From contig JBJTQF010000040.1 in assembly GCA_046075485.1 (NCBI GenBank), positions 7,144-71,143 of the forward strand: a DNA stretch of 64,000 bases, written 5' to 3'. The notes under the pieces were generated by a model. It ran no database searches, was not told the DNA's origin, and was given only the letters and a program-made list of their open reading frames with translations. The position numbers and the translations under genes were made by a program. This DNA comes from Myxococcota bacterium (lineage in GTDB: Bacteria; Myxococcota_A; UBA796; JAJRTE01; JBJTQF01). This document shows positions 8,905-18,445 of this stretch, piece by piece. The first letter of the stretch is position 1, and every line of letters begins with the position of its first letter.

Positions 8905-11900
8905 GTGGACGATAACTGTGATGGTCAGATCGACAATGGCATCAGCTATCGTGACTACTATCGAGATCAGGACGAGGATGGATATGGGGATCCCCAAGTG
9001 ATAGAGTATGCATGTCGCCTCCCCAGCGGTTATGTCTACAATGATGAAGACTGCAACGATCAGAGCGCGAGCATCTCTCCTGCCATCGCAGAGCAGTGTG
9101 ATGGCATCGATCAAGACTGTGATGGCCAAGTGGATGAAGAGGTGGCCGGCGCTCCCGACTGGTATCCCGATGTGGACGAGGATGGAGAAGGTGCCGCCAA
9201 CAGCACACCCGTCTATGCCTGCACCGCACCCGAAGGATATGTGAGCGACAACGATGACTGTGATGACAGCCACTCAGAGGTCTACCCAGGCGCACAGGAG
9301 CTGTGTGATGGACTCGACAATGACTGCGATGAGAGCGTGGATGAGCCCGAAGACTTGGTGCAGCTCTCCTGGTATCCCGATGTCGATCAGGATGGCTTTG
9401 GAGATCAAAATGCCACCCCCACGCTGTCATGTGCAGTGATCTCTGGATCGGTCACCAATCACACGGACTGCGACGACCGCCAACGCACCACCTATCCCGG
9501 TGCGCCTGAGTTTTGTGATCAGCTCGACAACGACTGTGATGGTGTGGTCGATGACAGTGTCGTCACACTCACCTGGTACGAAGATCAAGATGGAGACGGC
9601 TACGGAGATATCGCCGGTGCCACCGTCACCGACTGCAAACCCGTGTCAGGTTACGTCAACAATAGCCTCGACTGCAACGATGCCGACGATGAGATCTATC
9701 CCACGGCATTAGAACGCTGTGATCAGCTCGACAACGACTGTGATGGTGTGATCGATGATTTCTCCGCACAGACCTTTGAAATCTATTGGGCGGATCAAGA
9801 CGGAGACGGTTTTGGAGCAGGGCCCGAAGTGCTCGACTGTGTTCAGCCCGCAGGTCTGGTGACCAATGGCGATGATTGTAATGATGCCGACGATGAAATT
9901 CATCCCCAAGCCCAAGAGATCTGCGATGGAGAAGTGGACAATGACTGCGACACCTTGGCCGATGATGCCGATGCGGATACCTTAGACAGCACCCGCTTAT
10001 CATGGTATCTCGACCAAGACACGGACGGATACGGGGTCACAGGCAACACCATCCGCCGCTGCAACGGCGAATCTCCCTACTTGGCGCTTCAAGGAGCTGA
10101 CTGCGATGACGGGGACCGAACGGTCTATCCAGCAGCCATCGAGCTGTGTGATCAGCAGGACAATGACTGCGACACGCAGGTCGATGAAGGCATCAGCTTT
10201 GTGAATTGGTATCCCGACGTAGACCAAGATGGATATGGCGATCAAAATGCCGCTCAAGTAGACTGCAAAGTCCCTCAAGCTGGCTGGACCACCCAGGGCG
10301 GTGATTGCCGCGACGACCGAGCGGACATCAAACCCGGTGCGCCTGAGTTCTGCGATGGGATCGACACCGACTGCGATGACATTCTGGACGAAGGATATGT
10401 CACCCGCTACTTCCGCGATCAGGACGGGGATGGTTTTGGAGATCCCAAACGTCCATCCTGCGTGGCCGCATCCGGGCATGTACCCGTGCGGGGAGACTGT
10501 GACGATGCACGCCCTGAGATTCATCCGGGTGCAACCGATCCCTCGGATTCCATCGACCAAGACTGTGGTGGAACCACCAAAGCCGATCCCCATGTAGGAT
10601 ACGGTGTGGGCTCCAATACCAAGCTCTCCACCGCCATCTCTTCCGCAGTGAATGGTCAGACCATCTGGGTCAATGCCGGTACTTATCTGGAATACAACCT
10701 CAGCTTCAGTGGAAAGAAGATCACCGTGATCTCCTCCCACTTTGAAGACCAGACCCTCGTGGATGCGCAAAACAAAGGACGAGGCTTCTCATTTGGCAGC
10801 CTTGACACCTCGGAAGCGGTCTTGGATGGATTCACCTTCCAGAACAACAGCAATGCCATCTACAGCATCAGCAGCAGTCCGACGCTGAGGCGGATTCGAG
10901 CTCTGACCAGCAGTGGGAATGCCATTCACATCGAAGGAGGCAAACCCAACCTCTCATACTGCTATGTGAGAGATGCGGCGGGCTCGGGCATCTATGCGTA
11001 CAACTCATCGCCGCTGATCCGATACAGTCAGCTCCTGCGCAACCGCACGGGCATCTGGGTCTATCGAGGCTCCTTCAGCATGGAACACTCTCTGGTGATG
11101 GGTAATACCGGTAACTATCCAGACTATACCGGGATCTATATCATCGAAGGATCGGGCTCCGTCAGCAGCAGCATTGTGGCCTACAATCCGGGACTCAACA
11201 TCGCTTTGCGCAGCTCCGCCTTGGCGATCAGCTACAGCAACATCTACAACCCACTCGGTGCCGCTTATGTGACCACCGATACCACCAATCTCCTCACCGA
11301 GCCGGGTTTTGTCTCGTATCGTCATCGCGCCAATATTGAGGATGCGACCCTCTATCTAGGCCCCTTGTCGAGCCTTCGAGATGCGGGAAACACTGCCGAA
11401 GTGGATCCCGATGGAACACGGGCAGATATCGGTCCATTTGGTGGACCTGAAGCAGAGGCTGCATATTACATCGACGGTGAAGCCGATGGCTCAGGAGATG
11501 GACTCTACGATGGCTGGGAGCGTCAGCACGGTTTAAATCCTTCTACGCTCGATGATGCCACCGATCTCGATGGAGACGGTGTCAGCAACTTTGAGGAGCT
11601 GGAACGTCATCTGCTCCCCAATTCGGCGGATACCGACCTCGATGGTGCCTCCGATGGTATGGAGCTGAGCGCCGGCAGTAATCCGCTGGACTGGTACGAA
11701 CAGCCGGGAGAAACCTATCCGGTTGAAGCACAGGTGCCAGGCGACTTTGCCACCCTTCAAGCCGCTGTGGATGCCATCATCTCTCCGCGTGCAGGTGACA
11801 GCATCATCAGACAAGGTGCGATTGCATTGGGCCCTCTGAGTGTTGGAGGTCAATCGGCAGTGGCATATCAGAAGGTGATGCGCATCTCTGGAGCAGGAGC

Positions 11901-13686
11901 AGATCAGACGGTGCTGGAAGAGAGCTCCATTCGGGTCTATCACAGCACCCTCAAGCTCTCAGACGTGGCGCTCTCTGAGAGCTCCGCCAGTGGGGTTGCC
12001 TGTCTCAATACCTCTGTTTGTACCATCACTGGCGTGGACAGTGATATGCATGCGGTGCATGGCTTTAACCTCCAAGGAGGGAGTCAAGCGACGTTAACCG
12101 ATGTCTCGGCTTCCAACAATGGGGGCACGGGTATTTATGTGTACTCCACCGTCACTGCGACATTGGATGAGGTGCTGCTTTCGGCAAACAAGGCCGCAGC
12201 GGGTGGAGGTCTTGATATCTCGATGGGCTCCACCGTCAACATGACGGACTTCATCATCAGCGACCACTCGAATACACGCGGTGGAGGGATTGTACTCGAG
12301 CGCACGACGCGGGAGGTCTCCACCATCTATGGAGAAGGAGTGCTCAAGGCGGAGCGTGGGTCGATTGTCAAAAATGTGTCGTCCTCTCATGGTGGGGGCG
12401 TCTATATCAACTATGGGACTCCCTCGTTTATCGATGTACTCTTTGAAAAGAATGTCTCCGGGACACATGGGGGAGGTTTTTTCAGTCAATATGCCACCAG
12501 CAACTTCACGGACTGCGACTTTTACGAGAACTCATCCGTGAGTTCGGGAGGGGGAGCCTACCAATATTCTGGGACGATGAACCAGACACGAGGGCGGTTT
12601 CTCGACAATACATCTGCACTGGGAGGAGCCATTCGAGGGAATCAGATGGCCCTTAGCCTCAAAGAAGGCAACTACTTTGAAGGAAACTCGGCAACTCAGG
12701 ATGGAGGCGCGGTGGCCTTCAACGATGGTAGTTTCTCTGCCAATGTCGGCAGTCAGTTCTATCGAAACTCGGCGGGGGGACGAGGAGGAGCCATCCACTT
12801 GTTTAATGCCTCGGGCAGCATGCTCTGGGGCCGCTATATCGAGAACCAGGCACGCGATGCGGGGGCGATCTACTTTCTGAAGTCCACACTCACCCTCAAA
12901 AATGGGCGTTTTATTCAGAATACGGCGGAGTACGACGGCGGTGCCATCTTGATGAATGAGTCGGGCACCTCCACTCAGGTGTTCTCGAACCTGCGTTTTG
13001 AGGGGGGCTCTGCTCGAAAGGGAGGGGCGATGAGGCTGTATCTGTCGAATCCGACCCTCTCCAACCTGCTTTTTATCAACAACCAGGCGTCGGAGCAGGG
13101 CGGGGCGCTCTACATCGACAACGCTTCTCCGCTGCTGAAGCACTTGGTGATGGTGCGGAATCAAGCCGGGCAGGGCGGAGCGGCGCTGCTGGGTGTGGGG
13201 GCTAAACCGACGGCCTCGGAGCTGATCGTGGCGTACAATAGTCCCGACAACCTGCGGCTGGAGGACACGGCAGCACCCACCTTAACGTTCAGTGTGCTCT
13301 ACAATCCTGCTTCTTATTCCAACCACAACCTGAGCAGTCCGGCGGGCACGCTCTATACCTCTGAGCCTGCTTTCTTGCGTTACACAGATGTGACCTCCGG
13401 CGCTAGCTGCTCGCCGGGCAACCACATGAGCTGTCTGCCGGTGGATTACCATCTTGCCAGCGGAGGATTTTCAGTGGGAAAAGGCACCACCGGCGGCAAA
13501 GACGTGGACAACTCCACCCTCGACCTGGGGATTTATGGCGGAGCTCTTGGGGATGACTGGAATCTCGACTACGATAAAGTGGTGGATTGGTTCTGGCCGG
13601 GCCCGATCTCAACGCCGCCTCCCGGTTATAACGTGTTGAACTACGACTGTAATGATCTCTCGGCGAGCCAACAGAGCGGGTGCTGA
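8905..13686 (+). CDS. Giant cell-surface protein: about nine MopE-type putative metal-binding repeats, then a right-handed beta-helix region with Chlamydia-Pmp-like GGA[ILV] repeats
   Basis: Repeats of the form YxDxDGDGYG..C..P.GYV...DC[ND]D....YPGA.E.CDG.DNDCDG.VDE are PF11617-like. Downstream are many GGAI/GGAL/GGAV + FxxN repeats (QDGGAVAF, GRGGAIHLF, DAGAIYF, YDGGAILM, EQGGALYI). It is in frame with the previous ORF, 63 nt after its TAA. Confidence 0.7.
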   Translation: MDDNCDGQIDNGISYRDYYRDQDEDGYGDPQVIEYACRLPSGYVYNDEDCNDQSASISPAIAEQCDGIDQDCDGQVDEEVAGAPDWYPDVDEDGEGAANSTPVYACTAPEGYVSDNDDCDDSHSEVYPGAQELCDGLDNDCDESVDEPEDLVQLSWYPDVDQDGFGDQNATPTLSCAVISGSVTNHTDCDDRQRTTYPGAPEFCDQLDNDCDGVVDDSVVTLTWYEDQDGDGYGDIAGATVTDCKPVSGYVNNSLDCNDADDEIYPTALERCDQLDNDCDGVIDDFSAQTFEIYWADQDGDGFGAGPEVLDCVQPAGLVTNGDDCNDADDEIHPQAQEICDGEVDNDCDTLADDADADTLDSTRLSWYLDQDTDGYGVTGNTIRRCNGESPYLALQGADCDDGDRTVYPAAIELCDQQDNDCDTQVDEGISFVNWYPDVDQDGYGDQNAAQVDCKVPQAGWTTQGGDCRDDRADIKPGAPEFCDGIDTDCDDILDEGYVTRYFRDQDGDGFGDPKRPSCVAASGHVPVRGDCDDARPEIHPGATDPSDSIDQDCGGTTKADPHVGYGVGSNTKLSTAISSAVNGQTIWVNAGTYLEYNLSFSGKKITVISSHFEDQTLVDAQNKGRGFSFGSLDTSEAVLDGFTFQNNSNAIYSISSSPTLRRIRALTSSGNAIHIEGGKPNLSYCYVRDAAGSGIYAYNSSPLIRYSQLLRNRTGIWVYRGSFSMEHSLVMGNTGNYPDYTGIYIIEGSGSVSSSIVAYNPGLNIALRSSALAISYSNIYNPLGAAYVTTDTTNLLTEPGFVSYRHRANIEDATLYLGPLSSLRDAGNTAEVDPDGTRADIGPFGGPEAEAAYYIDGEADGSGDGLYDGWERQHGLNPSTLDDATDLDGDGVSNFEELERHLLPNSADTDLDGASDGMELSAGSNPLDWYEQPGETYPVEAQVPGDFATLQAAVDAIISPRAGDSIIRQGAIALGPLSVGGQSAVAYQKVMRISGAGADQTVLEESSIRVYHSTLKLSDVALSESSASGVACLNTSVCTITGVDSDMHAVHGFNLQGGSQATLTDVSASNNGGTGIYVYSTVTATLDEVLLSANKAAAGGGLDISMGSTVNMTDFIISDHSNTRGGGIVLERTTREVSTIYGEGVLKAERGSIVKNVSSSHGGGVYINYGTPSFIDVLFEKNVSGTHGGGFFSQYATSNFTDCDFYENSSVSSGGGAYQYSGTMNQTRGRFLDNTSALGGAIRGNQMALSLKEGNYFEGNSATQDGGAVAFNDGSFSANVGSQFYRNSAGGRGGAIHLFNASGSMLWGRYIENQARDAGAIYFLKSTLTLKNGRFIQNTAEYDGGAILMNESGTSTQVFSNLRFEGGSARKGGAMRLYLSNPTLSNLLFINNQASEQGGALYIDNASPLLKHLVMVRNQAGQGGAALLGVGAKPTASELIVAYNSPDNLRLEDTAAPTLTFSVLYNPASYSNHNLSSPAGTLYTSEPAFLRYTDVTSGASCSPGNHMSCLPVDYHLASGGFSVGKGTTGGKDVDNSTLDLGIYGGALGDDWNLDYDKVVDWFWPGPISTPPPGYNVLNYDCNDLSASQQSGC

Positions 13687-13697
13687 GGGGGAAGGCT

Positions 13698-13732
13698 GAG
13701 GCGCACCGCGCCGGGTGAGGGCGGTGCGTCCG
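13698..13732 (+). terminator. GC-rich hairpin (gcgcaccgc ... gcggtgcg) just after the giant gene stop; it has no clear U-tract
   Basis: An inverted repeat with an 8-9 bp stem, seen directly. Located in a convergent intergenic region. Confidence 0.3.
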
Positions 13733-13781
13733 AGGCAGTTGGCAAACTCGTTCTGGTGATGGTTTTTGCCACGGACAAAAC

Positions 13782-13835
13782 GTGTCGGATTCAGGAGGCA
13801 GGATTCAGGAGGCAGGATTCAGGAGGCAGGAGTAA
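13782..13835. repeat. Three tandem copies of a 14-bp unit (ggattcaggaggca) in the convergent intergenic region
   Basis: Direct reading: ggattcaggaggcaggattcaggaggcaggattcaggaggcagga. Confidence 0.8.
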
Positions 13836-13841
13836 GGGGGC

Positions 13842-15689
13842 TTATTTCTGCGCGTCGGTGATGTCGTAGATGATATTGCGTGAGAGCCGATACAGCTCCA
13901 CCGTTGAGGCGGCGATGTTTTTCTCGGTGCTGGCGGTATAGGCATCGAAGCTCTGGTCTTGGTTGTCGTATGAGAACAGCTCCCAGTTGACGTAGCGGTC
14001 GCTGCTCAGCCCCACAAACGCGAGAGAATCCGGTAACGTCGGCACCACAAAAGAGGTGGTCTCAGCGGGCAGCCAGAGATCCCACACCAGCTCATCGGTC
14101 CATTTTCCGCTGACCTTTCGTTTCCAGGTGAAGACGGAGCGGTTGATGGAGGTATCCGGCACGGCATACTGCACAAATTTCCGCTCAGCATACTGTGTCT
14201 CGAGCTTGTCCACCTGGAGCAGGGACATAAAGGGAGGGGTGATCACCAGCTCGGAGCCGTTCTGAGGATATCCCTTCACGGCCACATAAGCGCCTTCTTC
14301 GCCCACACCCGCTTCGGCGGCCATCACCAGCCCCAGCACCGGCACACTGTCGAACTCTTTGGGATGCCAGACGCTGACGGTGGAGGACTGACGCGCTCCG
14401 GCCACACCGATGGGCAGGTAGTGGTTGTCTCCCAAATCCGCCAGGGCAAAGGCCACCGGCAGATAGTCCGCGTCGATGCCCGACGGAAGCTGCGGCACGC
14501 GGATGTCGAGCGGGCTATTGGTGACACCATCGGGGGCTTGCAGAACGCCTTCGGTGTTGTTGGGTGCGACAATCTCGATATCATTGCCCACGTCGTAGGC
14601 AAACGTGTTCATGTTGTCGATGGTGATCAGGAGCTTGCCGAGGTTGGTAAAGATGGTCTCATCGGTGAGCCAGGTGAGCACATCGCTGGCGACCAAGTTT
14701 CCGGCCAGCATATAAGAGTCGTAGAAGCCGGTCGGTCCAGGCACGGAGTACTTGAGCAGCTCGGGATCCTGTCCGCAATAGGTGGGCGTCTGACCCACAA
14801 TGTTGGAGGGCAGGGCGGTCGTCGTCCCACACACATCCACCCAGCGGTTTTTGCCGATGATGGTCGCGGTATCCAGCGCAAGCGGATTGCCGACAAAACT
14901 CCGTGTGATGAGTCCCACACGAATTGTCTTGTTATCCGGCAGTGGTCCCATCGCCGAGAAGTCTACATCCCCCTTAAACTGTCCCTGCAAGGCTTCGGCG
15001 GAGGCGCGCATCGGCAGCTCCACCGTGCGCTGGACCACCTGATACAAGGTGGCGTGATAGTACCCGCTGAGGGTGCCGGTGACGATCTGCGGTCCCGAGA
15101 AGTCTCCTTCGATGACCACCACACCGTTTTCGTCGGCGGTGTGGCTCTCGGTGCCATCCAGTCCACGGTAGAGCACAGCGCCGGGAAGGGGTGCGCGGGT
15201 GGTGGCATCGACCAGCTTGACGGTCATCTTGCCATTGGCGAGCACTTCCACCTGAGCGGCGTTGCTGCTGAGCCCTTCGTAGGAGGCGGAGATCTCGGCG
15301 GTGCCGGGTGCCACGGGGGTCAGGCGGCCCGATGCGTCGAGGGTGGCCACCCCTTCGTCAGAGGATGACCAGGTGAGGGTGACGTCGGTTTCTTCGCCGG
15401 AGCGCAGGTAGGCGCGGGCGGTAAACTGCACGGTGGAGGCCAGGTCAAGCTGGAACTGACCGGGGGTGACCACGATGGAGGCGACAGGATTGGGCACCGG
15501 TGTTGGGGTGGGGGTGGGGGTGATCACCCCGCTGTCGGGTGGCTGCGTGGGGGTGGCGGTGGGGGCCTCTGCTTCAGGCGTGGGGGAGGTCGGAGTCGGA
15601 GAGGGATCCGGCTCTTCGGTGCAAGCGGCGAGCAGAACCAGGGCCATCCCAGGCAGCAGGCGCTTATTTCGTTCCAGGTGCTTGTTCAT
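13842..15689 (-). CDS. Lipoprotein with a Pro/Thr-rich linker and a bacterial Ig-like (Big_2) domain
   Basis: AGGAG lies 6 nt upstream of ATG 15689. MNKHLERNKRLLPGMALVLLAAC carries a lipobox, followed by a PTPTSPTPEAEAPTATPTQPP linker. IVVTPGQFQLDLASTVQFTARAYLRSGEETDVTLTWSSSDEGVATLDASGRLTPVAPGTAEISASY fits a Big_2 pattern. Confidence 0.6.
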   Translation of the reverse strand: MNKHLERNKRLLPGMALVLLAACTEEPDPSPTPTSPTPEAEAPTATPTQPPDSGVITPTPTPTPVPNPVASIVVTPGQFQLDLASTVQFTARAYLRSGEETDVTLTWSSSDEGVATLDASGRLTPVAPGTAEISASYEGLSSNAAQVEVLANGKMTVKLVDATTRAPLPGAVLYRGLDGTESHTADENGVVVIEGDFSGPQIVTGTLSGYYHATLYQVVQRTVELPMRASAEALQGQFKGDVDFSAMGPLPDNKTIRVGLITRSFVGNPLALDTATIIGKNRWVDVCGTTTALPSNIVGQTPTYCGQDPELLKYSVPGPTGFYDSYMLAGNLVASDVLTWLTDETIFTNLGKLLITIDNMNTFAYDVGNDIEIVAPNNTEGVLQAPDGVTNSPLDIRVPQLPSGIDADYLPVAFALADLGDNHYLPIGVAGARQSSTVSVWHPKEFDSVPVLGLVMAAEAGVGEEGAYVAVKGYPQNGSELVITPPFMSLLQVDKLETQYAERKFVQYAVPDTSINRSVFTWKRKVSGKWTDELVWDLWLPAETTSFVVPTLPDSLAFVGLSSDRYVNWELFSYDNQDQSFDAYTASTEKNIAASTVELYRLSRNIIYDITDAQK

Positions 15690-15982
15690 GTCATGCTCCT
15701 CATGGGTCTCAAAACGGGGCCGCGATGATCAGGGCAGACGCCCGAGTCTATGTGAAGGGGGCTCGATCCTATGACGAGGATGTCCGAGCGGAGGCTCCAG
15801 CAGGGGCCTTTTGCCAAATGCATGCAATTAATGTGCCGACTTTAAGCACTTTTGCATTACCTGTGCGCGCCTGCGTATGCGTGATGCGCCTTCATGCGTG
15901 TGCGCGCCTGCCTGTGCGCCTGCCTGTGCGCCTGCCTGTGCGGGAGAGCAAAGCACCCACTTATCAGGGTCATGCCATACGC

Positions 15983-16195
15983 TCAGGCGGGCTGAGCGGC
16001 TGTCAGCTCGAAGCCTTCGTCGGCGAGTCGGACTTTGAGCTTCTCCAGCAGGGAGGGTGGGGAGAGCTCCACCCAGGCGCTGCCGACTTCGACTTTTTCG
16101 GCCTTGTCCCCGGTGAGCTCTTGCACGGCGTCTTGGACGGCATGCACGCAGTGTTGGCAGCTCATGCCTTCGATGCGCAGGTGATAGCGTGGCAT
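15983..16195 (-). CDS. copZ: Copper chaperone CopZ (heavy-metal-associated domain)
   Basis: A 70-aa protein, MPRYHLRIEGMSCQHCVHAVQDAV..., with the GMxCxxC metal-binding motif and a ferredoxin-like HMA fold pattern. Confidence 0.85.
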   Translation of the reverse strand: MPRYHLRIEGMSCQHCVHAVQDAVQELTGDKAEKVEVGSAWVELSPPSLLEKLKVRLADEGFELTAAQPA

Positions 16196-16434
16196 AATCT
16201 TCTCCTGTGCTGCTGCATCTCTGGGATGCTTTTTTTGCCATGAGCGGCTGCATCCCTGATCACCGCTGAGACTCAGACCTCGGTCTCGAGTGCGCGTCGG
16301 GATTGACCGGGACAGCCACGTCTGTTACTCTTGAGCCAGATCGAAGGGTACACCGTACCCCCCGCGCTTCACCGGACTTGAAGCGGGGCCCTTCCCAGCT
16401 ACCCCCGGCGACCCAACAGGACGAAGCATCAACT

Positions 16435-17079
16435 ATGTCGGCGGAACCGGAAAAGTCCAAACGCGCTCGCGTTGAAAATCCTACCCTCGAGGCGCTGGCA
16501 CCGGATGAGTTATCCGAGGGAGCGCCCGCCGCAGAGCGCTGGATTCTTCTGGAGGTCAAGCGCATGCAAGGCCACCTCCAGAACGCCGAGACCCACCGCC
16601 GCCGCGCAATGGCCGCCGTCGCCGAACGTTTCCATCAACGCCTCGCCGCTTACTGCCGAACCAAACTCGGCCCCTACCGCAACGAAGCCGATGATATTGT
16701 GCAGGATGTCTATCAGGAGCTGGAAAAACAGCTCGAGAAGGTCCAAGATGAACAACACCTGCGCAACCTGATCTTCCGCATCGCCAAGAGCCGCTGCGCC
16801 GACACCGTCACCCGCCACAGTAAGATCGAGCTCAGCGACGAAATCCGCGCCGTCGCCCCCGATGAGCTCGAAGAAGAAGGCCACGACCCCGAGATCTTGC
16901 GCGCTGCCATCAAAAAACTCAAGAAGCTCGAAGACCGGATCTTACTCACCTTGAGCATCGACTTCCGTATGCCTGCCCGCCAGATCGCTCAGGTACTGGA
17001 GATCTCCGAAGGCGCTTGTAAGATGCGCCGCAGCCGAGCCCGCCAAAAATTACGCGAGCTCATCGAAGAGGAGCTGTAA
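16435..17079 (+). CDS. ECF-type RNA polymerase sigma factor (sigma-70 regions 2 and 4)
   Basis: Region 2 is ADDIVQDVYQELEKQL...LRNLIFRIAKSRCADTVTRH. Region 4 is the HTH LEDRILLTLSIDFRMPARQIAQVLEISEGACKMRRSRARQKLREL. The upstream in-frame start at 16303 is less likely because no SD precedes either start. Confidence 0.7.
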   Translation: MSAEPEKSKRARVENPTLEALAPDELSEGAPAAERWILLEVKRMQGHLQNAETHRRRAMAAVAERFHQRLAAYCRTKLGPYRNEADDIVQDVYQELEKQLEKVQDEQHLRNLIFRIAKSRCADTVTRHSKIELSDEIRAVAPDELEEEGHDPEILRAAIKKLKKLEDRILLTLSIDFRMPARQIAQVLEISEGACKMRRSRARQKLRELIEEEL

Positions 17080-17092
17080 AGCGCCCAGCGCC

Positions 17093-18064
17093 CTACTTCT
17101 GACCAGCCCCCGATTCAGCAGGCACACCAGACGCACCAGCAGCAGGCGCACCAGCAGCAGGCGCACCGGATTCAGCAGACACACCAGCAGCGGGCGCACC
17201 AGCAGCAGCACCTCCCGGAAAGAGGGCCGCCAGTGCAGAAGGCAGGCTCTCTCCCAGCTCTTTGCCACGTTTGGCGTGGGCGATGGCCCCCACCCGATCT
17301 TGCTGACCCAAGAGCAGCTCAGCCAGGGCAACATGGGCTCCGGGCAGGCGCTCATCCAGCGCCAGGGCTTTCTCGAGCGATTTTTTGGCTTGGTCGATGT
17401 CCCCCTGTTTTTTATAGATCAGGCCCAGCAGCTCATGAGCGCGAGGGTTTTGTGGGGCCAGGGTGATCGACTTCTCGGCGGCTTCGATGGCGGTGCGAAG
17501 GGCTCCGATCTCGAGGCGCATGGCCGCCAGGTTATAGTAGAGGTCCGAGGAGGTCGGGAACTTCTCCAGGGTCCGTTCATAGATCTGCACAGCGGTAAAG
17601 GCGTCTCCGCGCATGCTCTGCACGGTGCCCAGGCCGAGGTAGGCGTAGAGCAGGTTGGGATCCAGCTCGGTGGCTTTGCGGAAGGCTTCTTCCGCTTCCG
17701 TCGGAGACTCCAGGATCATCGAACGTCCAAACAGATACCAGGCAACAGCGGAGGTCGGCTGAGCACGCTTGCGGCTCTCGTAGAAGGTGCGGCTTTCGGC
17801 GGCTCTGTTCAGTCCTCTCAGCAGATCTTGGTAGGTACGGTGCAGCTCGATGTCTTCGCCCGGTGCGTTGGCCGGAACCTGGAGCAGGGCCACCGCTTCC
17901 TCGAGCCGACCCTGGGCTTTGAGGGCTTGGGCTTTCCCCAACGGACTGGCGGGATCGACCGTTTCAACCTGCGGGGCTGGAGCAGATGCAGCGGGAGCCG
18001 CCGCTTTTTCACCACAGGCACACAAGCTCAAGCTGATCAACAACAGGAAGCACTGAGCGCGCAT
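17093..18064 (-). CDS. TPR-repeat lipoprotein
   Basis: The signal and lipobox are MRAQCFLLLISLSLCAC. Multiple TPR-like helical repeats follow (AWYLFGRSMIL, YAYLGLGTVQSMRGD, YYNLAAMRLEIG). The tail is low-complexity Ala/Gly/Pro (APAAGASGVPAESGAGQK). Confidence 0.65.
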   Translation of the reverse strand: MRAQCFLLLISLSLCACGEKAAAPAASAPAPQVETVDPASPLGKAQALKAQGRLEEAVALLQVPANAPGEDIELHRTYQDLLRGLNRAAESRTFYESRKRAQPTSAVAWYLFGRSMILESPTEAEEAFRKATELDPNLLYAYLGLGTVQSMRGDAFTAVQIYERTLEKFPTSSDLYYNLAAMRLEIGALRTAIEAAEKSITLAPQNPRAHELLGLIYKKQGDIDQAKKSLEKALALDERLPGAHVALAELLLGQQDRVGAIAHAKRGKELGESLPSALAALFPGGAAAGAPAAGVSAESGAPAAGAPAAGASGVPAESGAGQK

Positions 18065-18090
18065 AAGCACCTCCACAAAGGCAGGCAGCG

Positions 18091-18405
18091 TCAGAAGGCA
18101 AAGAGACGGTGGGCGTCACCTTCTTGAACGTTATAACATGCAGGCTGATTAGGGTTGAGTATGTCCGTACAGGAGGACTCCCCCAGACAGTCGAGCTGAC
18201 GCTGGAAGGCTTCTTTTTCGGAGACCAAGTAGTCGTAGCTGCCGTATTCCTTCTGAACCAGCTCACACTCTTCCTGACAGGTCTCCGCATTATAAGACGG
18301 AAAACCCGCTCCACAGTCCTTGATGAGCTTGTTGCATGCCTGCTCGCAGGTGGTGTCGCATGCGGTGGCCATCAGCAGCACAAAAATACTCAACACACGT
18401 CGCAT
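18091..18405 (-). CDS. Small Cys-rich lipoprotein (8 Cys), paralog of the upstream gene
   Basis: Starts at MRRVLSIFVLLMATAC (lipobox), then CEQACNKLIKDCGAG...CQEECEL...CLGESSCTD...C. Confidence 0.5.
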   Translation of the reverse strand: MRRVLSIFVLLMATACDTTCEQACNKLIKDCGAGFPSYNAETCQEECELVQKEYGSYDYLVSEKEAFQRQLDCLGESSCTDILNPNQPACYNVQEGDAHRLFAF

Positions 18406-18445
18406 AAAGGCACTCTCCAACCTTCCCAGCGTGAGCACGCCGGGT

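Noticed and set aside
16303-16434. Longer N-terminal extension of the ECF sigma factor (start at 16303) and the gcvH/gcvT/permease/amidase long ORF-track starts
   Set aside because: The extensions are unconserved and lack an SD. Internal starts have SDs and match family N-termini, or overlap the upstream stop as ATGA.
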